A stretch of 64,000 nt of DNA from Waddliaceae bacterium. GTDB lineage: Bacteria; Chlamydiota; Chlamydiia; Chlamydiales; SLFE01. Under the pieces are notes generated by a model. It saw nothing but the letters and a program-made list of their open reading frames with translations, did no database searches and had not been told where the DNA came from. Each line of letters opens with the position of its first letter. Positions within the stretch are counted from its first letter, which is position 1. Positions 19,200 to 29,722 of this stretch are shown one piece after another. The position numbers and the translations under genes were made by a program. The DNA is taken from positions 64,001 through 128,000 of the forward strand of contig CAVYRW010000004.1 of assembly GCA_963771045.1 (NCBI GenBank), read 5' to 3'.

Positions 19200-20444
19200 T
19201 CAATACCACTGGAGAACGAGTACAAAGAGGTAGAATGCCGCAGCTGCTATGAGAGCCGGCTTCCCTCCGGGTACTCTAAATTCGCCGCCAAGCTTCTTTC
19301 TATACCTTCCCATCCACACCATTGTAACGGGAATCAGCCCTGAAAGGATGGTATCGCCATACCCGCCGCTGATGTCGAGGCAGTTGATAAGCGCATTGGG
19401 CCATTTGATGGCAAGAAGCATTGTGGGAATGATCGATGCCAGAATAATGGCGCTTTTTCCCATCTTGAACTTCAGTTCGGCAAAACAGTCTTTCAGGAAG
19501 TAAAAAAGCGCAAGAGACAGGCCAAGGTAGGATGTCACCACGGCAAAAAATGCAAAGAAGTCGGCAAAGGCAGAGAGCGCCCAATGGTTGAATTGAGCGC
19601 GCAGAGGTTCGGTTGCCGATGCCCCTCTTTCCAGAGCGCTCATCAATCCATCTGGCCCGGAGAGGGGTACGACACCGTGAATGATGAAAAGCCAAATCGT
19701 GTAAACAATGAAAGGAATTGTTGTTCCAATGATGATGGCCTTTTTTAGTTTTTTGGCATCATATTCGAGTTGCAGGCAGAGCGACGGCACGACCATTTGA
19801 TAACTGAACGTTGCCAGGATCATAGAGAAAATGCCTAAGCCCTCGCTCCAGGCTGGACGGAATGCGAGATTGGCCATGTTTATGTGCCCCGAACCCAGGC
19901 CGACGAGGGCAAAATATGTCGCGACAAGGCCGATCATGAACATAAAGTTTAAATTTCCGACAATCTTTGCGCCAAGCCAGATCATCGACCCGAAAATCAC
20001 GGTGAAAATCACGCAGCACGCCTCATAGCTGAGTGCCGTCCCCAAATGGGCTTCAACCTGGTTCCCGATGAGCTGAGCTCCTCCTGCCGTATAGGCGATA
20101 AGCGAGGTGTAATTCATAAAAAGGTAGACAAGAAGGGCTAAAATCCGGGTTCCGTTGCCTACTAGGGTTTTCGAAAGAGAAGAAAAGTGGGTTTCATTTT
20201 TGATCCAAAGAGTCGCTTCGACAAGGAGAAGCCCCGTGTAAGTCATAAATACCCAGCAAAGAAGGACGCCGAAAAATGACAAGACAAAACCCGCTCCCGC
20301 CGTTTGAACCGGCAGAGCGAGCATTCCGCCTCCGATGCAGGTTCCTGAAACGAGCAGCGTGACGGCCCAAAATGAACTTTTGCCGGATGCGGTTTTTTCT
20401 TGAATTCCTTCGATATCGGGCTGCGTTAGTGTTGTAGAACTCAT
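19200..20444 (-). CDS. TyrP/Mtr-like aromatic amino acid permease
   Basis: SGTCIGGGMLALP, FAVVTSYLG, about 11 TM segments. Confidence 0.88.
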   Translation of the reverse strand: MSSTTLTQPDIEGIQEKTASGKSSFWAVTLLVSGTCIGGGMLALPVQTAGAGFVLSFFGVLLCWVFMTYTGLLLVEATLWIKNETHFSSLSKTLVGNGTRILALLVYLFMNYTSLIAYTAGGAQLIGNQVEAHLGTALSYEACCVIFTVIFGSMIWLGAKIVGNLNFMFMIGLVATYFALVGLGSGHINMANLAFRPAWSEGLGIFSMILATFSYQMVVPSLCLQLEYDAKKLKKAIIIGTTIPFIVYTIWLFIIHGVVPLSGPDGLMSALERGASATEPLRAQFNHWALSAFADFFAFFAVVTSYLGLSLALFYFLKDCFAELKFKMGKSAIILASIIPTMLLAIKWPNALINCLDISGGYGDTILSGLIPVTMVWMGRYRKKLGGEFRVPGGKPALIAAAAFYLFVLVLQWY

Positions 20445-20466
20445 GGTTGTTGACTGCTCTTTTATT

Positions 20467-21369
20467 TTAATTGGTTAATTTGCAAAATTCTTTGCTGCCT
20501 GCAAAAACATCCTTACTGTGAATTTCAATACCGGTCAAAGGTTCAAGCAGATTTTGAATGAACCGAAATGTTTCTTGATCTTCGTCAAGCAGGGGGTTGT
20601 ACTCCACCAGCTCGAAAGCTGCAGGAGGGTGCTTTACGAAAAGCCCCATTGCGGCGATCGCCTCGTCGGCGTGAACTCCATTTGAAACCGGTGTTCCCGT
20701 CCCTTTGACAAAAGCGGGGTCAACCATATCGAGGTCAAAACTCACCCCGTACCCGGCCGTTTTTCTGGATAGATTATTGATGACCTCGTCAAGTATGGAC
20801 TCAAGGCCTTTTTCGATAACATCTTCAATGAAATAGATCGTCACTCCCAGCTGTTTTGCCAGCTGTAATTCAGGGTCCTCAAAGCTTCTAATGCCGATTA
20901 GGGCTGTATTTTCGGGTTTCACTTTGGGAGCGGTGCTTAAAATTCCGGTCAACCGCTTGTCGCCATATCCCATCAGCGCCGCCAGGGGCATGCCGTGGAT
21001 GTTGCCTGATTCGCTGGTTTTTTCCGTATGCATGTCCATATGGGCGTCCATCCAGATCAGACCCAGGTCTCCCAGGTCGCGGTAACCTTCGGCGGCGCCC
21101 GACCAGGTGCCAAGAGCTGTGGAATGGTCTCCGCCAAAAGAGAAAAAGAAGGAGATTTCCTTTGCGAGGTTCATCGCTTCTTTGGCAAATTGCCGGTTGA
21201 TATTTGCGATGTGATCGAATTTGTTTTTGGGAATTTCGTCGGGGACTAGAATTTTCCTCCAATGCAATTTTTGACAATCCAGGTGTTTTTTTAAAAATTC
21301 GGGAGCTGCTCCGGAACCAAATGTCCCTGCGCCGATTCCCGATCCCAAACCAATACATGGATAGATCAT
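20467..21369 (-). CDS. Arginase
   Basis: GGDHS, DAHMD, SGNIHGMP, SFDLD, GTGTP, ELVEYNP. Confidence 0.92.
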   Translation of the reverse strand: MIYPCIGLGSGIGAGTFGSGAAPEFLKKHLDCQKLHWRKILVPDEIPKNKFDHIANINRQFAKEAMNLAKEISFFFSFGGDHSTALGTWSGAAEGYRDLGDLGLIWMDAHMDMHTEKTSESGNIHGMPLAALMGYGDKRLTGILSTAPKVKPENTALIGIRSFEDPELQLAKQLGVTIYFIEDVIEKGLESILDEVINNLSRKTAGYGVSFDLDMVDPAFVKGTGTPVSNGVHADEAIAAMGLFVKHPPAAFELVEYNPLLDEDQETFRFIQNLLEPLTGIEIHSKDVFAGSKEFCKLTN

Positions 21370-21514
21370 GGGTCATACTCCTGATGATTTCGGCATTGTA
21401 CAATACCGAGATGATGAAAACTCTATAAGAGAGTACTACAACTGAAAGTTTAAAGGGAATAAAATAATTTTTTTTAATAGAAAATAAGGCACTTTTTTGT
21501 TATAAATAACAATT

Positions 21515-22393
21515 ATGATTCTTTCCGGAGATAAGTTAGCAGGTATTTATTTATTAATCGTCGCTGCCCTTTGGGGGTTGACATTTCCCTTGATTGAACT
21601 GACTGTTGGGGAGATCGATCCCTATTTGTTTGTTTCTCTCAGGTTTTCGATTGCAGCGCTTTTTGTGCTTCCCTATTTTTTGAAAAACCTCAGCAAAAAG
21701 GCTATTATGGTTGGAGCTGCTTTGGGTGTGATACATTCCGGAGCCTTTATATTCCAAACGATAGGCCTTCAGACCCTAAATGCTTCCCGGGCTGCGTTTC
21801 TTGCTGGAATCTATGTACTGATGATTCCGTTTATTTCCCCTTTTTTAAAGATGGGTCGTCCCGGGCTCAATGATTTTATCAGCGCGGTGATTTGTGTCAC
21901 GGGAGTGTATATCCTGACCGGCTGCAATATTGGCGGTTTGTCCATTGGAGACAGCTGGATCTTTATTTCTGATTTTTTCATTGCTCTGTCCATCATTTAT
22001 ATTGGCAAGCATTCCCAGGATGACATGGATCCGTATATGCTGGCCTATGGTCAAATCGTGATGACCGCGCTCTTTTCATGGGTGCCGACGCTTTTTCTTT
22101 CCGAGTTTCATTTTGCGGCATTGACGATCCCTTCGGTCCTGATATCCCTTTTCATCTGCAGTTTTCTAGCGACGATATTGGCGATAAGGCTTCAGTCGAA
22201 ATATCAAAAGTATGTGTCGATCCAGAGCACGGCTCTTATTTTCAGTTTAGAGCCGGTGTTCGCCGCGATTTTCGATACTCTCATCACAAGAACCCCTCCG
22301 AAGATCACAACTTTAATTGGAGGGTTGATAATTGTTGCAGGCGTTGTCTACCTAGAGCTGTCAAAGCAGAAGACCCGCTCCGTCCAGGCATGA
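21515..22393 (+). CDS. DMT/EamA family transporter
   Basis: 10 TM segments in two repeats, LWGLTF, SLEPVFA. Confidence 0.9.
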   Translation: MILSGDKLAGIYLLIVAALWGLTFPLIELTVGEIDPYLFVSLRFSIAALFVLPYFLKNLSKKAIMVGAALGVIHSGAFIFQTIGLQTLNASRAAFLAGIYVLMIPFISPFLKMGRPGLNDFISAVICVTGVYILTGCNIGGLSIGDSWIFISDFFIALSIIYIGKHSQDDMDPYMLAYGQIVMTALFSWVPTLFLSEFHFAALTIPSVLISLFICSFLATILAIRLQSKYQKYVSIQSTALIFSLEPVFAAIFDTLITRTPPKITTLIGGLIIVAGVVYLELSKQKTRSVQA

Positions 22394-22436
22394 ACAAAGC
22401 TTTATTTTCTTTTAAAGTTCAGATATTCTTTAATGT

Positions 22437-24128
22437 ATGGGATCTGTGATTCGCGTTTTAAAAGACGATGTTATCAATAAAATAGCCGCCGGTGAAGTGG
22501 TCGAGAATCCCGCGTCGGTCGTGAAGGAGCTTGTCGAAAACTCCCTAGACGCCGGGGCAACCGACATTGCCATCGAGATCAAGGGGGGCGGCCGCCAGCT
22601 GATTCGCGTTACCGACAACGGCTGCGGAATGAGTCCCGATGACGCGCTCCTCTCGGTAAAGAGGCACGCGACATCAAAAATTTCCGATATCGACGATCTC
22701 AATCAATTAAATACAATGGGATTTCGTGGAGAGGCAATGGCTTCAATCGCCTCCATTTCCCAATTCACACTCATTACGGGGCAGGGGGGCGGCTCGGGAC
22801 CCCTTATCTTTGTCAACGGGGGAAAAGTTGTCAAACACGCTTCTGTCGCTGCCTGCAGGGGAACAGTCATTGAAGTCAAATCGTTGTTTTTTAATGTCCC
22901 CGTTCGGAAAAAATTTCAAAAGTCCCCCGCCCGAGACAGTGCGGAGATATTTAAAATCGTCAGCACAATGGCGCTCGGCAATCCTGGGGTAAAATTTCAG
23001 CTCATCCGCGATGGGGAGACAGCCCTTGCGGCCCCTGTTTTGGATGGATCGTGCGAAAAACAGCTTCAGGAGCGAATCTCCTCAGTGCTGAGCCGTGATT
23101 TTTTAACATCTTGTCTGCCTCTGAAAAACGAAAGCATCGAGGGATTTATCGGCAATCCTTCGACAACCAGGCAAAACCGCCTGGGACAATACCTTTTCAT
23201 CAACAGGCGGCCTGTCATTTCTCCGCAGATTTCCCGGGCTGTCAGCGACGGCTACGGCACGACCATCGCTCCAAAGAGATATCCGATTTTTGTCCTGCAT
23301 ATGACTATGCCCGGCTTTGACGTCGACGTCAATGTCCATCCCCAAAAAAGGGAAGTGAGGCTTCGGGATGAAGAAGGGGCGACCGGTCTGGTCAGGGAAG
23401 CTGTCAGCAAAGCTCTTAGAAAAAAAGAGTCTAAAACGATGTGCGTTTCTCCCAAATTCGCTTCTTATACTCCGCGCTTTGAGCCGTCTCCCAAGGTTGA
23501 GGAAACCGTTTGCGCTTATTCCGCGCCTCACGAGGTGAACCATCCCGAATTCGATTTTGCCCTGCCTGCCGCGGAAACTGAATGCATCCGTGTGATTTAC
23601 ACCCTCCCCGGGTATATTCTTGCGGAAAAAGGGGGAGAACTTTTCATCATCGACCAGAGGCGTGCTCATCATCGCATCTTGTTTGACAAGCTGACCAAGA
23701 GGGAAGGATGCCCCTCGGAAAGATTATTGATTCCCCTGCGGATCGAGCTTGCAAAGATTGAAGCGGAAACATTGAGGGAGAGTCTTGTCCTGCTTAAGGC
23801 ACTGGGTTTTGAAATCAGGGAATTCGGGCCTCATGTTTTTGTTGTCGATTCTTGTCCTCCGAGCTTTTCAAATAAGGATATTCCGAGTATGATCAGAGAA
23901 TCCCTTGAGGATCTTCGAGAGTTTCCGTCGCTCTCTGCTGCGCAAAAGAATATGCTGGCTGTTAAAATTTCTCTAAAAGGGGCTGTTTCGAGCCGCACGC
24001 GTTTGGGACAGGCCGAGGCGGAAATGCTCGTGAGGGATTTATGGAAAACAACATCGCCGGATCAAAGCCCGAAGGGGTTAAAAATTTGGGTGGAAGCCAC
24101 CCCCGAAGCAATCGGCGGATTATTGTGA
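22437..24128 (+). CDS. mutL: DNA mismatch repair endonuclease MutL
   Basis: IAAGEVVENPASVVKELVENSLDAGA, GFRGEA, DVNVHPQKREV, IDQRRAHHRI. Confidence 0.96.
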   Translation: MGSVIRVLKDDVINKIAAGEVVENPASVVKELVENSLDAGATDIAIEIKGGGRQLIRVTDNGCGMSPDDALLSVKRHATSKISDIDDLNQLNTMGFRGEAMASIASISQFTLITGQGGGSGPLIFVNGGKVVKHASVAACRGTVIEVKSLFFNVPVRKKFQKSPARDSAEIFKIVSTMALGNPGVKFQLIRDGETALAAPVLDGSCEKQLQERISSVLSRDFLTSCLPLKNESIEGFIGNPSTTRQNRLGQYLFINRRPVISPQISRAVSDGYGTTIAPKRYPIFVLHMTMPGFDVDVNVHPQKREVRLRDEEGATGLVREAVSKALRKKESKTMCVSPKFASYTPRFEPSPKVEETVCAYSAPHEVNHPEFDFALPAAETECIRVIYTLPGYILAEKGGELFIIDQRRAHHRILFDKLTKREGCPSERLLIPLRIELAKIEAETLRESLVLLKALGFEIREFGPHVFVVDSCPPSFSNKDIPSMIRESLEDLREFPSLSAAQKNMLAVKISLKGAVSSRTRLGQAEAEMLVRDLWKTTSPDQSPKGLKIWVEATPEAIGGLL

Positions 24129-24135
24129 GGAAATA

Positions 24136-25247
24136 ATGGATTATCAGAAACGGCTTTACGCTTTAGGAGAAATCCTCGAGGAAGACTCTGTCGACGGCAT
24201 TCTGATTGAAGAGCCTATCGACATTTATTATTTGACCGGCATCGAGCTGTCGACCGGCCAGTTGATTGTGCACAGTCGAGGAACTCATCTCATTGTCGAC
24301 GGCCGCTATTACGAGGTCTGTTCCGAGGTTAACTTTCTTAATGTCGTCCTTTGGGATCCCGATGTTCTCTACGACCTACTTCTTGACGATTTGTCCCACA
24401 TCAAAAGCTTTGCTTTTGTCAGCGAAAAAACTTCCTATCAGCGTTATACCGACCTTCAGAAAATTGTCGACAGAGTCTTGCAGGAATCCCCTAAACGAGA
24501 GCTTGAGCTGATGCCTTGCGATGATTTTGTCCTTCAGCTTCGCAGCGTGAAGAATCCCGAAGAGGTGAAGTCGTCTGGCTGAAGTTGCCGAGCTCGGATC
24601 GAAAGGTTTTGATTTTATTTGCGACTACCTTAAGGAAGGCGTTACCGAGCTGGAAGTTGTCAGGGAGCTGGACATTTTTTGGAAAAATCACAATGCCAAG
24701 GCATTTGCCTTTGATCCCATTATCGCCTTCGGTTCCGGAAGTTCCATGCCCCATTACCACCCGACAAACCGAAAGCTTCAAAAGGGGATGCCAGTTTTAA
24801 TTGATATCGGAGTGACGCTCAATCATTACCATTCGGATATGACCCGCGTTGTTTTCTTCGGGGAGCCCGATCCTAAAATGAAAGAGATCTATGAGATTGT
24901 CAAAGGGGCTCAGGAAGCGGCCCTTAAGATATGCAAGCCGGGAACCCGCGCAGGCGATCTCGATATGGAAGCGCGCATTTGGATTACCGACCGTGGCTAC
25001 GGAGAAAATTTTAACCACGGTTTGGGGCACGGCATCGGCCTCGAAGTGCATGAGCTTCCGGTGATTCGCAGCGCTTCTCAATACGGTGCGCTTGTTTTGC
25101 AGCCGGGAATGGCGATTACGGTCGAACCGGGCATTTATCTTCCCAAGTTAGGAGGCGTTCGCATCGAAGACACCGTTATTATCACCGAAGAAGGGCCACC
25201 GCAACCTCACCAACCGCCCCAAAGAACTCAAAGTGCTCACACCTTAA
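24136..25247 (+). CDS. pepP: Xaa-Pro aminopeptidase (M24), split by several frameshifts
   Basis: DGRY N-domain; SDMTR, HGLGHGIGLEVHE, TVEPGIY, GVRIEDT; manual rejoin ends NLTNRPKELKVLTP* at 25247. Confidence 0.85.
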
Positions 25248-26306
25248 CCTTGAATTTACGCCGCCCAATGTCATTAAACTTGAGGGTTTTTAAAGCGTCC
25301 CACAATTCTTTGTTTTTCCATTCCACCTTGTAAATACCATTGGTGTAAGTCAAGATCAAAAGATCTTTTATTCCATAAGTTTTCTCCAGGGGGTTGGGAA
25401 AGTGACTCTTTCGAGCGTCACCTTCCTGGGTTTGTCCTGCTCCACTACGAAAAAAAGAGAGTCGGGATTTTTGCAGCGGAAGCCAAAGAATGGACTTTTT
25501 GCGCCAGGAAATTTGCAAAATGGGAATGGGTGATCAGATCGGGAGTTTCTTCATCGATTAATTTACAGGACTGCTGTAAATAATTCTTTTGAATTCTGTT
25601 CCAGAGGGATTCAACGACGACAGAGGAGGACATCTGTCTGACGATGCCGTCTGCCCAAAAGTAAATCGGCTTTGCCTGTTGTAATAAGAGTTGTCAGCTT
25701 TCTCCATTTAAGTGGATAGTTTGTTCTCGTTGTCGATAAACGTGTCTCGCGAAATTTGGATACATTTTTAAGAGCAATAACGCTCTGGTTCCAAGTAATT
25801 TTTTCCTCATACAAGAATATACCCGTTTATCTCATGTAATTTTTCCTCATACGCCAAAAAGTAGAACGCAGGATTGTCCTTAAAGGTTTCGAATAAAAAG
25901 GTCTTGTCTGAAAAATCCATATACTTAGGAGGAGGAAAAGGGCATTGGAAAGGGTTTTCGTTCACGTAAAAGTTGTCAGGATGACAGAGTTTGATCAGTT
26001 TTTGCAAAATTTTGATCGTAGCGCCGTTTACAATATTCTTCGAGCTATCGGCTTTAGTCAATTGGAGAATATGATCCGCTGTTTTTTTTATAGCGGTAAA
26101 TTTTCTCCAGTCTCCGCTGAAAGAGTTGGAAATATCAAAGGCTGATTGGGCAAGGCCCTTATCTCTTAAGAGCGGGAGTCAATTCCTGCTCACCAAGTCG
26201 AGCGGCACAAGTTCTAAAGGGTCGAAATAGGAGAAAATATGGAAGAGGATTTCGGTTGGCAGGGGGAAGGGAAATATTTTTTCAGGATAAAAAACGGAGT
26301 TAACAT
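25237..26306 (-). pseudogene. Degraded F-box-domain protein gene
   Basis: LPTEILFHIFSYFDPLELVPLDLVSRN* (26262-26179) is in frame with ORF 25807-26061; further same-strand fragments run to 25237. Confidence 0.65.
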
Positions 26307-26360
26307 TCACTATAAATACTCAAATAATTTTTGTAGAATTATATCAAAAAAGACTCTTAA

Positions 26361-27032
26361 TTATCCACTTAAACTAAAGGGAAGATCGGCAGGTTTAAGT
26401 TTTCCTTTGCAGAGCATTTCCAGCGTAGCCGGAAAAAGGGTGTGTTCAACTTTTATTTTGAGTTTTTCATGGATTTCCTCATGAGATAGTCCGGGAAATT
26501 GAGAAAGATGCAGGGGCGCTGAAACTGCGATGGGGGTGCCGCAGTCGACGCGGCCATCGACGATATGAACGGTGCTGGCTACCGTTTTTTCTCCATTTTC
26601 GATAGCCTGCTGCACCGCGTCGACTCCTCGGTAGCGAGGTATTCCCTGACTGTCTTTGATGGTCAGGTCGGCGGGATGAATATTGAGGCCGGAAAATTTT
26701 TCGACGAAAAACGAGGGGGATATTTTCATAAAGCCGCTGTAGATGAGGGCGTTGATCTCAAGTTTTTCCAAATAGGCGGCGATTTCCTCAAAACGCTTTT
26801 GCCGATTTTCCTTTCCCTTGTAGGGTCCCGGGAAACATTTCCACGGCAGTCCGAATTCCGTTGCCAAAGTCTCAGCGCCGCTGTTTGGGTTGTCCGTGAC
26901 GATCGCGGAAAACTGCAGGTTGGGATATCGCCTTTGGTTTTCAAGAAGAACTCGGGCATTGCTTCCCGCTCCCGACATCAAAATGGCGAGCTTGGGCTTT
27001 CCTTTGAATAAGTTTAACAGTTTTTCGGACAT
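26361..27032 (-). CDS. purN: Phosphoribosylglycinamide formyltransferase-like protein
   Basis: AILMSGAGSN, LNIHP, TVHIVDGRVDCG. Confidence 0.75.
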   Translation of the reverse strand: MSEKLLNLFKGKPKLAILMSGAGSNARVLLENQRRYPNLQFSAIVTDNPNSGAETLATEFGLPWKCFPGPYKGKENRQKRFEEIAAYLEKLEINALIYSGFMKISPSFFVEKFSGLNIHPADLTIKDSQGIPRYRGVDAVQQAIENGEKTVASTVHIVDGRVDCGTPIAVSAPLHLSQFPGLSHEEIHEKLKIKVEHTLFPATLEMLCKGKLKPADLPFSLSG

Positions 27033-27453
27033 GTCGAGGCAGACTATGCCACTTTACAGGAAAAAAAGCTATAGAGGGAATTGCAAGACCAGCCATTCCT
27101 GTGAAAATATCCTTCACGGGTTAAAAGAAATAAATTAGCTGATTATATCTTTTAGGCGCACTGCCTAGTACAAAAAAATAAGCATCTTCTTTCTGCCAAA
27201 ACTCTCAGAGAGCGGCCTTCAAATGAGGCTGGAAAGTCAAAACCCGATACTCAATGCCTATTGAATCTTATCCTCAGTGGCTTCGAAACATCTTGCCATA
27301 TCGGAAAGCTCCGGCACTGAGATATCAACTTCAATACAGCACCCGATTATCGACAATATAAGTAGGAAAAGTAATAGTTTTTTAGTTTCAATAAATAACC
27401 AAAACTAATATAATAAAATAAATTAAAAATTAGTCTATTAAAATGTTAATTAT

Positions 27454-27726
27454 ATGAATATTGATTTGGAAAGTCAGGTCAATTCAAATAGATCGAGTTT
27501 CTTTGAGGATTGCGACCAAATACTTCGATACGGAAGTGTAGCAGTTGCTTTTATGGTGGCAGCATGTGTTATCAGTATGGAGATCTTTCGCCTTAGTGGG
27601 GACGAAATTCAGGGTGCCCGTCGGGATTTATTTTTGGGAGCTTTTGTTTTATGTTTTGCATCAGTTTGCGGTGGAATTATAAGTGCAGTGTCGCTGAGCT
27701 GGGAAAGAACATTCATTGCTGAATGA
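27454..27726 (+). CDS. Small two-TM hypothetical protein
   Basis: Two hydrophobic stretches; AT-rich upstream region. Confidence 0.45.
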   Translation: MNIDLESQVNSNRSSFFEDCDQILRYGSVAVAFMVAACVISMEIFRLSGDEIQGARRDLFLGAFVLCFASVCGGIISAVSLSWERTFIAE

Positions 27727-27941
27727 AATAGTCGACAGTCAAACAATCAGGATCAAAATTACCCCAAAGTTCGTTATAGAATTGTCGAAGATATGTTCGG
27801 GGGAATGGCTATGATAAAAAATTGTGGGTAAGGACAAGGTAATATTAGTTAGAAGTTGATAAGATATTATGAATATGTTCTTTTAAAAAAAAACTTTAAT
27901 TATGTATAATATTTACTGTATTATGTTACATAATAGGTAGT

Positions 27942-29696
27942 ATGTTCAAATTGACCCTAAGAAAAAAGATTTTTTTAAGTTATTTCGTTCTTTTTTCGGT
28001 ATTTATGCTGCTCATGATCCCGTTTGCCGATGGTCTCGTGAAGCGGATTATCGTGCAGTCAATGGATGACCAGGCCTCTGAGCTTGTCCAAAAGATCCAT
28101 AAGGCACCGAACGAGGAAGCTCTTGTCCGCTATTTGAAGGGGCAGAAACCGTTGATTTTTTTCAGGGTAGGAATCATCACCAATGAGCACAGAGTTTTAT
28201 ACGATTCGCACACGAAACGAGTCTTAGGTCCGGAATTCAACCAGCAGTTTGTCATCCACCACCCCGAGGTGCACGAGGCTTTTGAACATGGAACCGGATA
28301 CCATGAGGAATATTCGGATATTTTGGGCCAGAAGTTCGCCTACTACGCAAAAGCCTTTGATTTCCACGGGAAAACCTTTGTGCTAAGGACCGCTTTTCCT
28401 TTTCAGTATGTTGAAAATCTGCTTAATGACTTTCAGGCCGGATTTTTAATGCTGGCCTTTTTGGGGCTGCTCCTCTTTTCCTTTTTGACATGGTACGCCA
28501 TTCATCGGCTGACAAGGCCGATTGAACAGATTATTAGCGCCATTAAACCCTACGAGCAGGGACTTACCGCGACAATTCCTGAAATTTCGATCAACAAGGC
28601 AAATCCCAAAGATGAATTCGGCCGGCTGGCCCATACTTTGAATTCACTCTCAACGAGGATCCAGCGGCATATTGCCCGCCTGGTTGAGGAAAAGAATGAA
28701 AAAGGGGCCATTCTTGAGTCTCTTGTCGAAGGGGTTTTAGCGGTCGATAAAGAGATGAACGTCACTTATGTGAACCATATGGCTTTAGAACTTCTGGGAT
28801 TGGAACGGGAAAAGCTTATGGGGGCAAATCTGCAGATTGCAGATCAGCCTGTGTGCGATGAGCTTCTTCTGGAGTGTCAGAAAGAAGAGGAGCCTAAGAT
28901 CCACTCAGTACAGCTCGGAGAAGGGGCCAATGCCCGCTTCCTCGATCTCATCGCTGTACCGATCAAAGACAAGCATGGCATGGTTTTAGTCCTGCAGGAC
29001 AAGACAACCTACCATAAAATGATGCAGATGAGAAAAGACTTTATCGCCAATGCTTCTCATGAACTTAAAACGCCTATTACAATCATTATGGGATTTGCAG
29101 AAACCCTGCATGATATGCCCGGTATGCCGGAGGAAAAACTCAAGGAAATTACCGGTAAAATTGTGAAAAATGCCGATAGAATGAACAACGTGATTCAGGA
29201 TCTTTTGATTCTTTCAGATATCGAGAATCTGCCGTCGTCAAGGCTCGGAGAGGTCAATATGTACGAACTGGCGATGAATTGCCGTGAAACTCTTCTTGCA
29301 GTCTTTAAAGACGCAACTGTCAATGTCGTCAATAAGTTTGAGGAAGGGCCGTTTATCGTCTGCGATCAGTATCTGATGGAGCTTGCGGTCAACAACCTTT
29401 TCAACAATGCGGCGAAATACTCCGATGGTCCTGCAGAAATTACTGTGCGCCTTGGCCAGGAAGGGGGCTATTTTACGTTGTCAGTCTCTGATAAGGGAAT
29501 TGGAATTCCTGAATCCGATATCGAATTTTTGTTCCAGAGGTTCTACACCGTGGATAAAGCCCATTCCCGCAAAATGGGGGGCTCGGGTCTCGGCCTTTCC
29601 ATCGTCAAGACCATTATTGAAAAACATTTCGGCACGATCTTTGTGAAATCAAAAGTGGGCGAAGGCACGACATTTACGTTTAAGTTGCCAGAATGA
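27942..29696 (+). CDS. PhoR-like HAMP-PAS sensor histidine kinase
   Basis: 2 TM segments, FIANASHELKTP H-box, NAAKYS, DKGIGI, GGSGLGL. Confidence 0.93.
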   Translation: MFKLTLRKKIFLSYFVLFSVFMLLMIPFADGLVKRIIVQSMDDQASELVQKIHKAPNEEALVRYLKGQKPLIFFRVGIITNEHRVLYDSHTKRVLGPEFNQQFVIHHPEVHEAFEHGTGYHEEYSDILGQKFAYYAKAFDFHGKTFVLRTAFPFQYVENLLNDFQAGFLMLAFLGLLLFSFLTWYAIHRLTRPIEQIISAIKPYEQGLTATIPEISINKANPKDEFGRLAHTLNSLSTRIQRHIARLVEEKNEKGAILESLVEGVLAVDKEMNVTYVNHMALELLGLEREKLMGANLQIADQPVCDELLLECQKEEEPKIHSVQLGEGANARFLDLIAVPIKDKHGMVLVLQDKTTYHKMMQMRKDFIANASHELKTPITIIMGFAETLHDMPGMPEEKLKEITGKIVKNADRMNNVIQDLLILSDIENLPSSRLGEVNMYELAMNCRETLLAVFKDATVNVVNKFEEGPFIVCDQYLMELAVNNLFNNAAKYSDGPAEITVRLGQEGGYFTLSVSDKGIGIPESDIEFLFQRFYTVDKAHSRKMGGSGLGLSIVKTIIEKHFGTIFVKSKVGEGTTFTFKLPE

Positions 29697-29722
29697 TCCC
29701 GACTCTGCTATGAAGTTTAAGT

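Noticed and set aside
27033..27453. Purine or ZTP riboswitch upstream of purN
   Set aside because: No recognisable consensus elements found by eye
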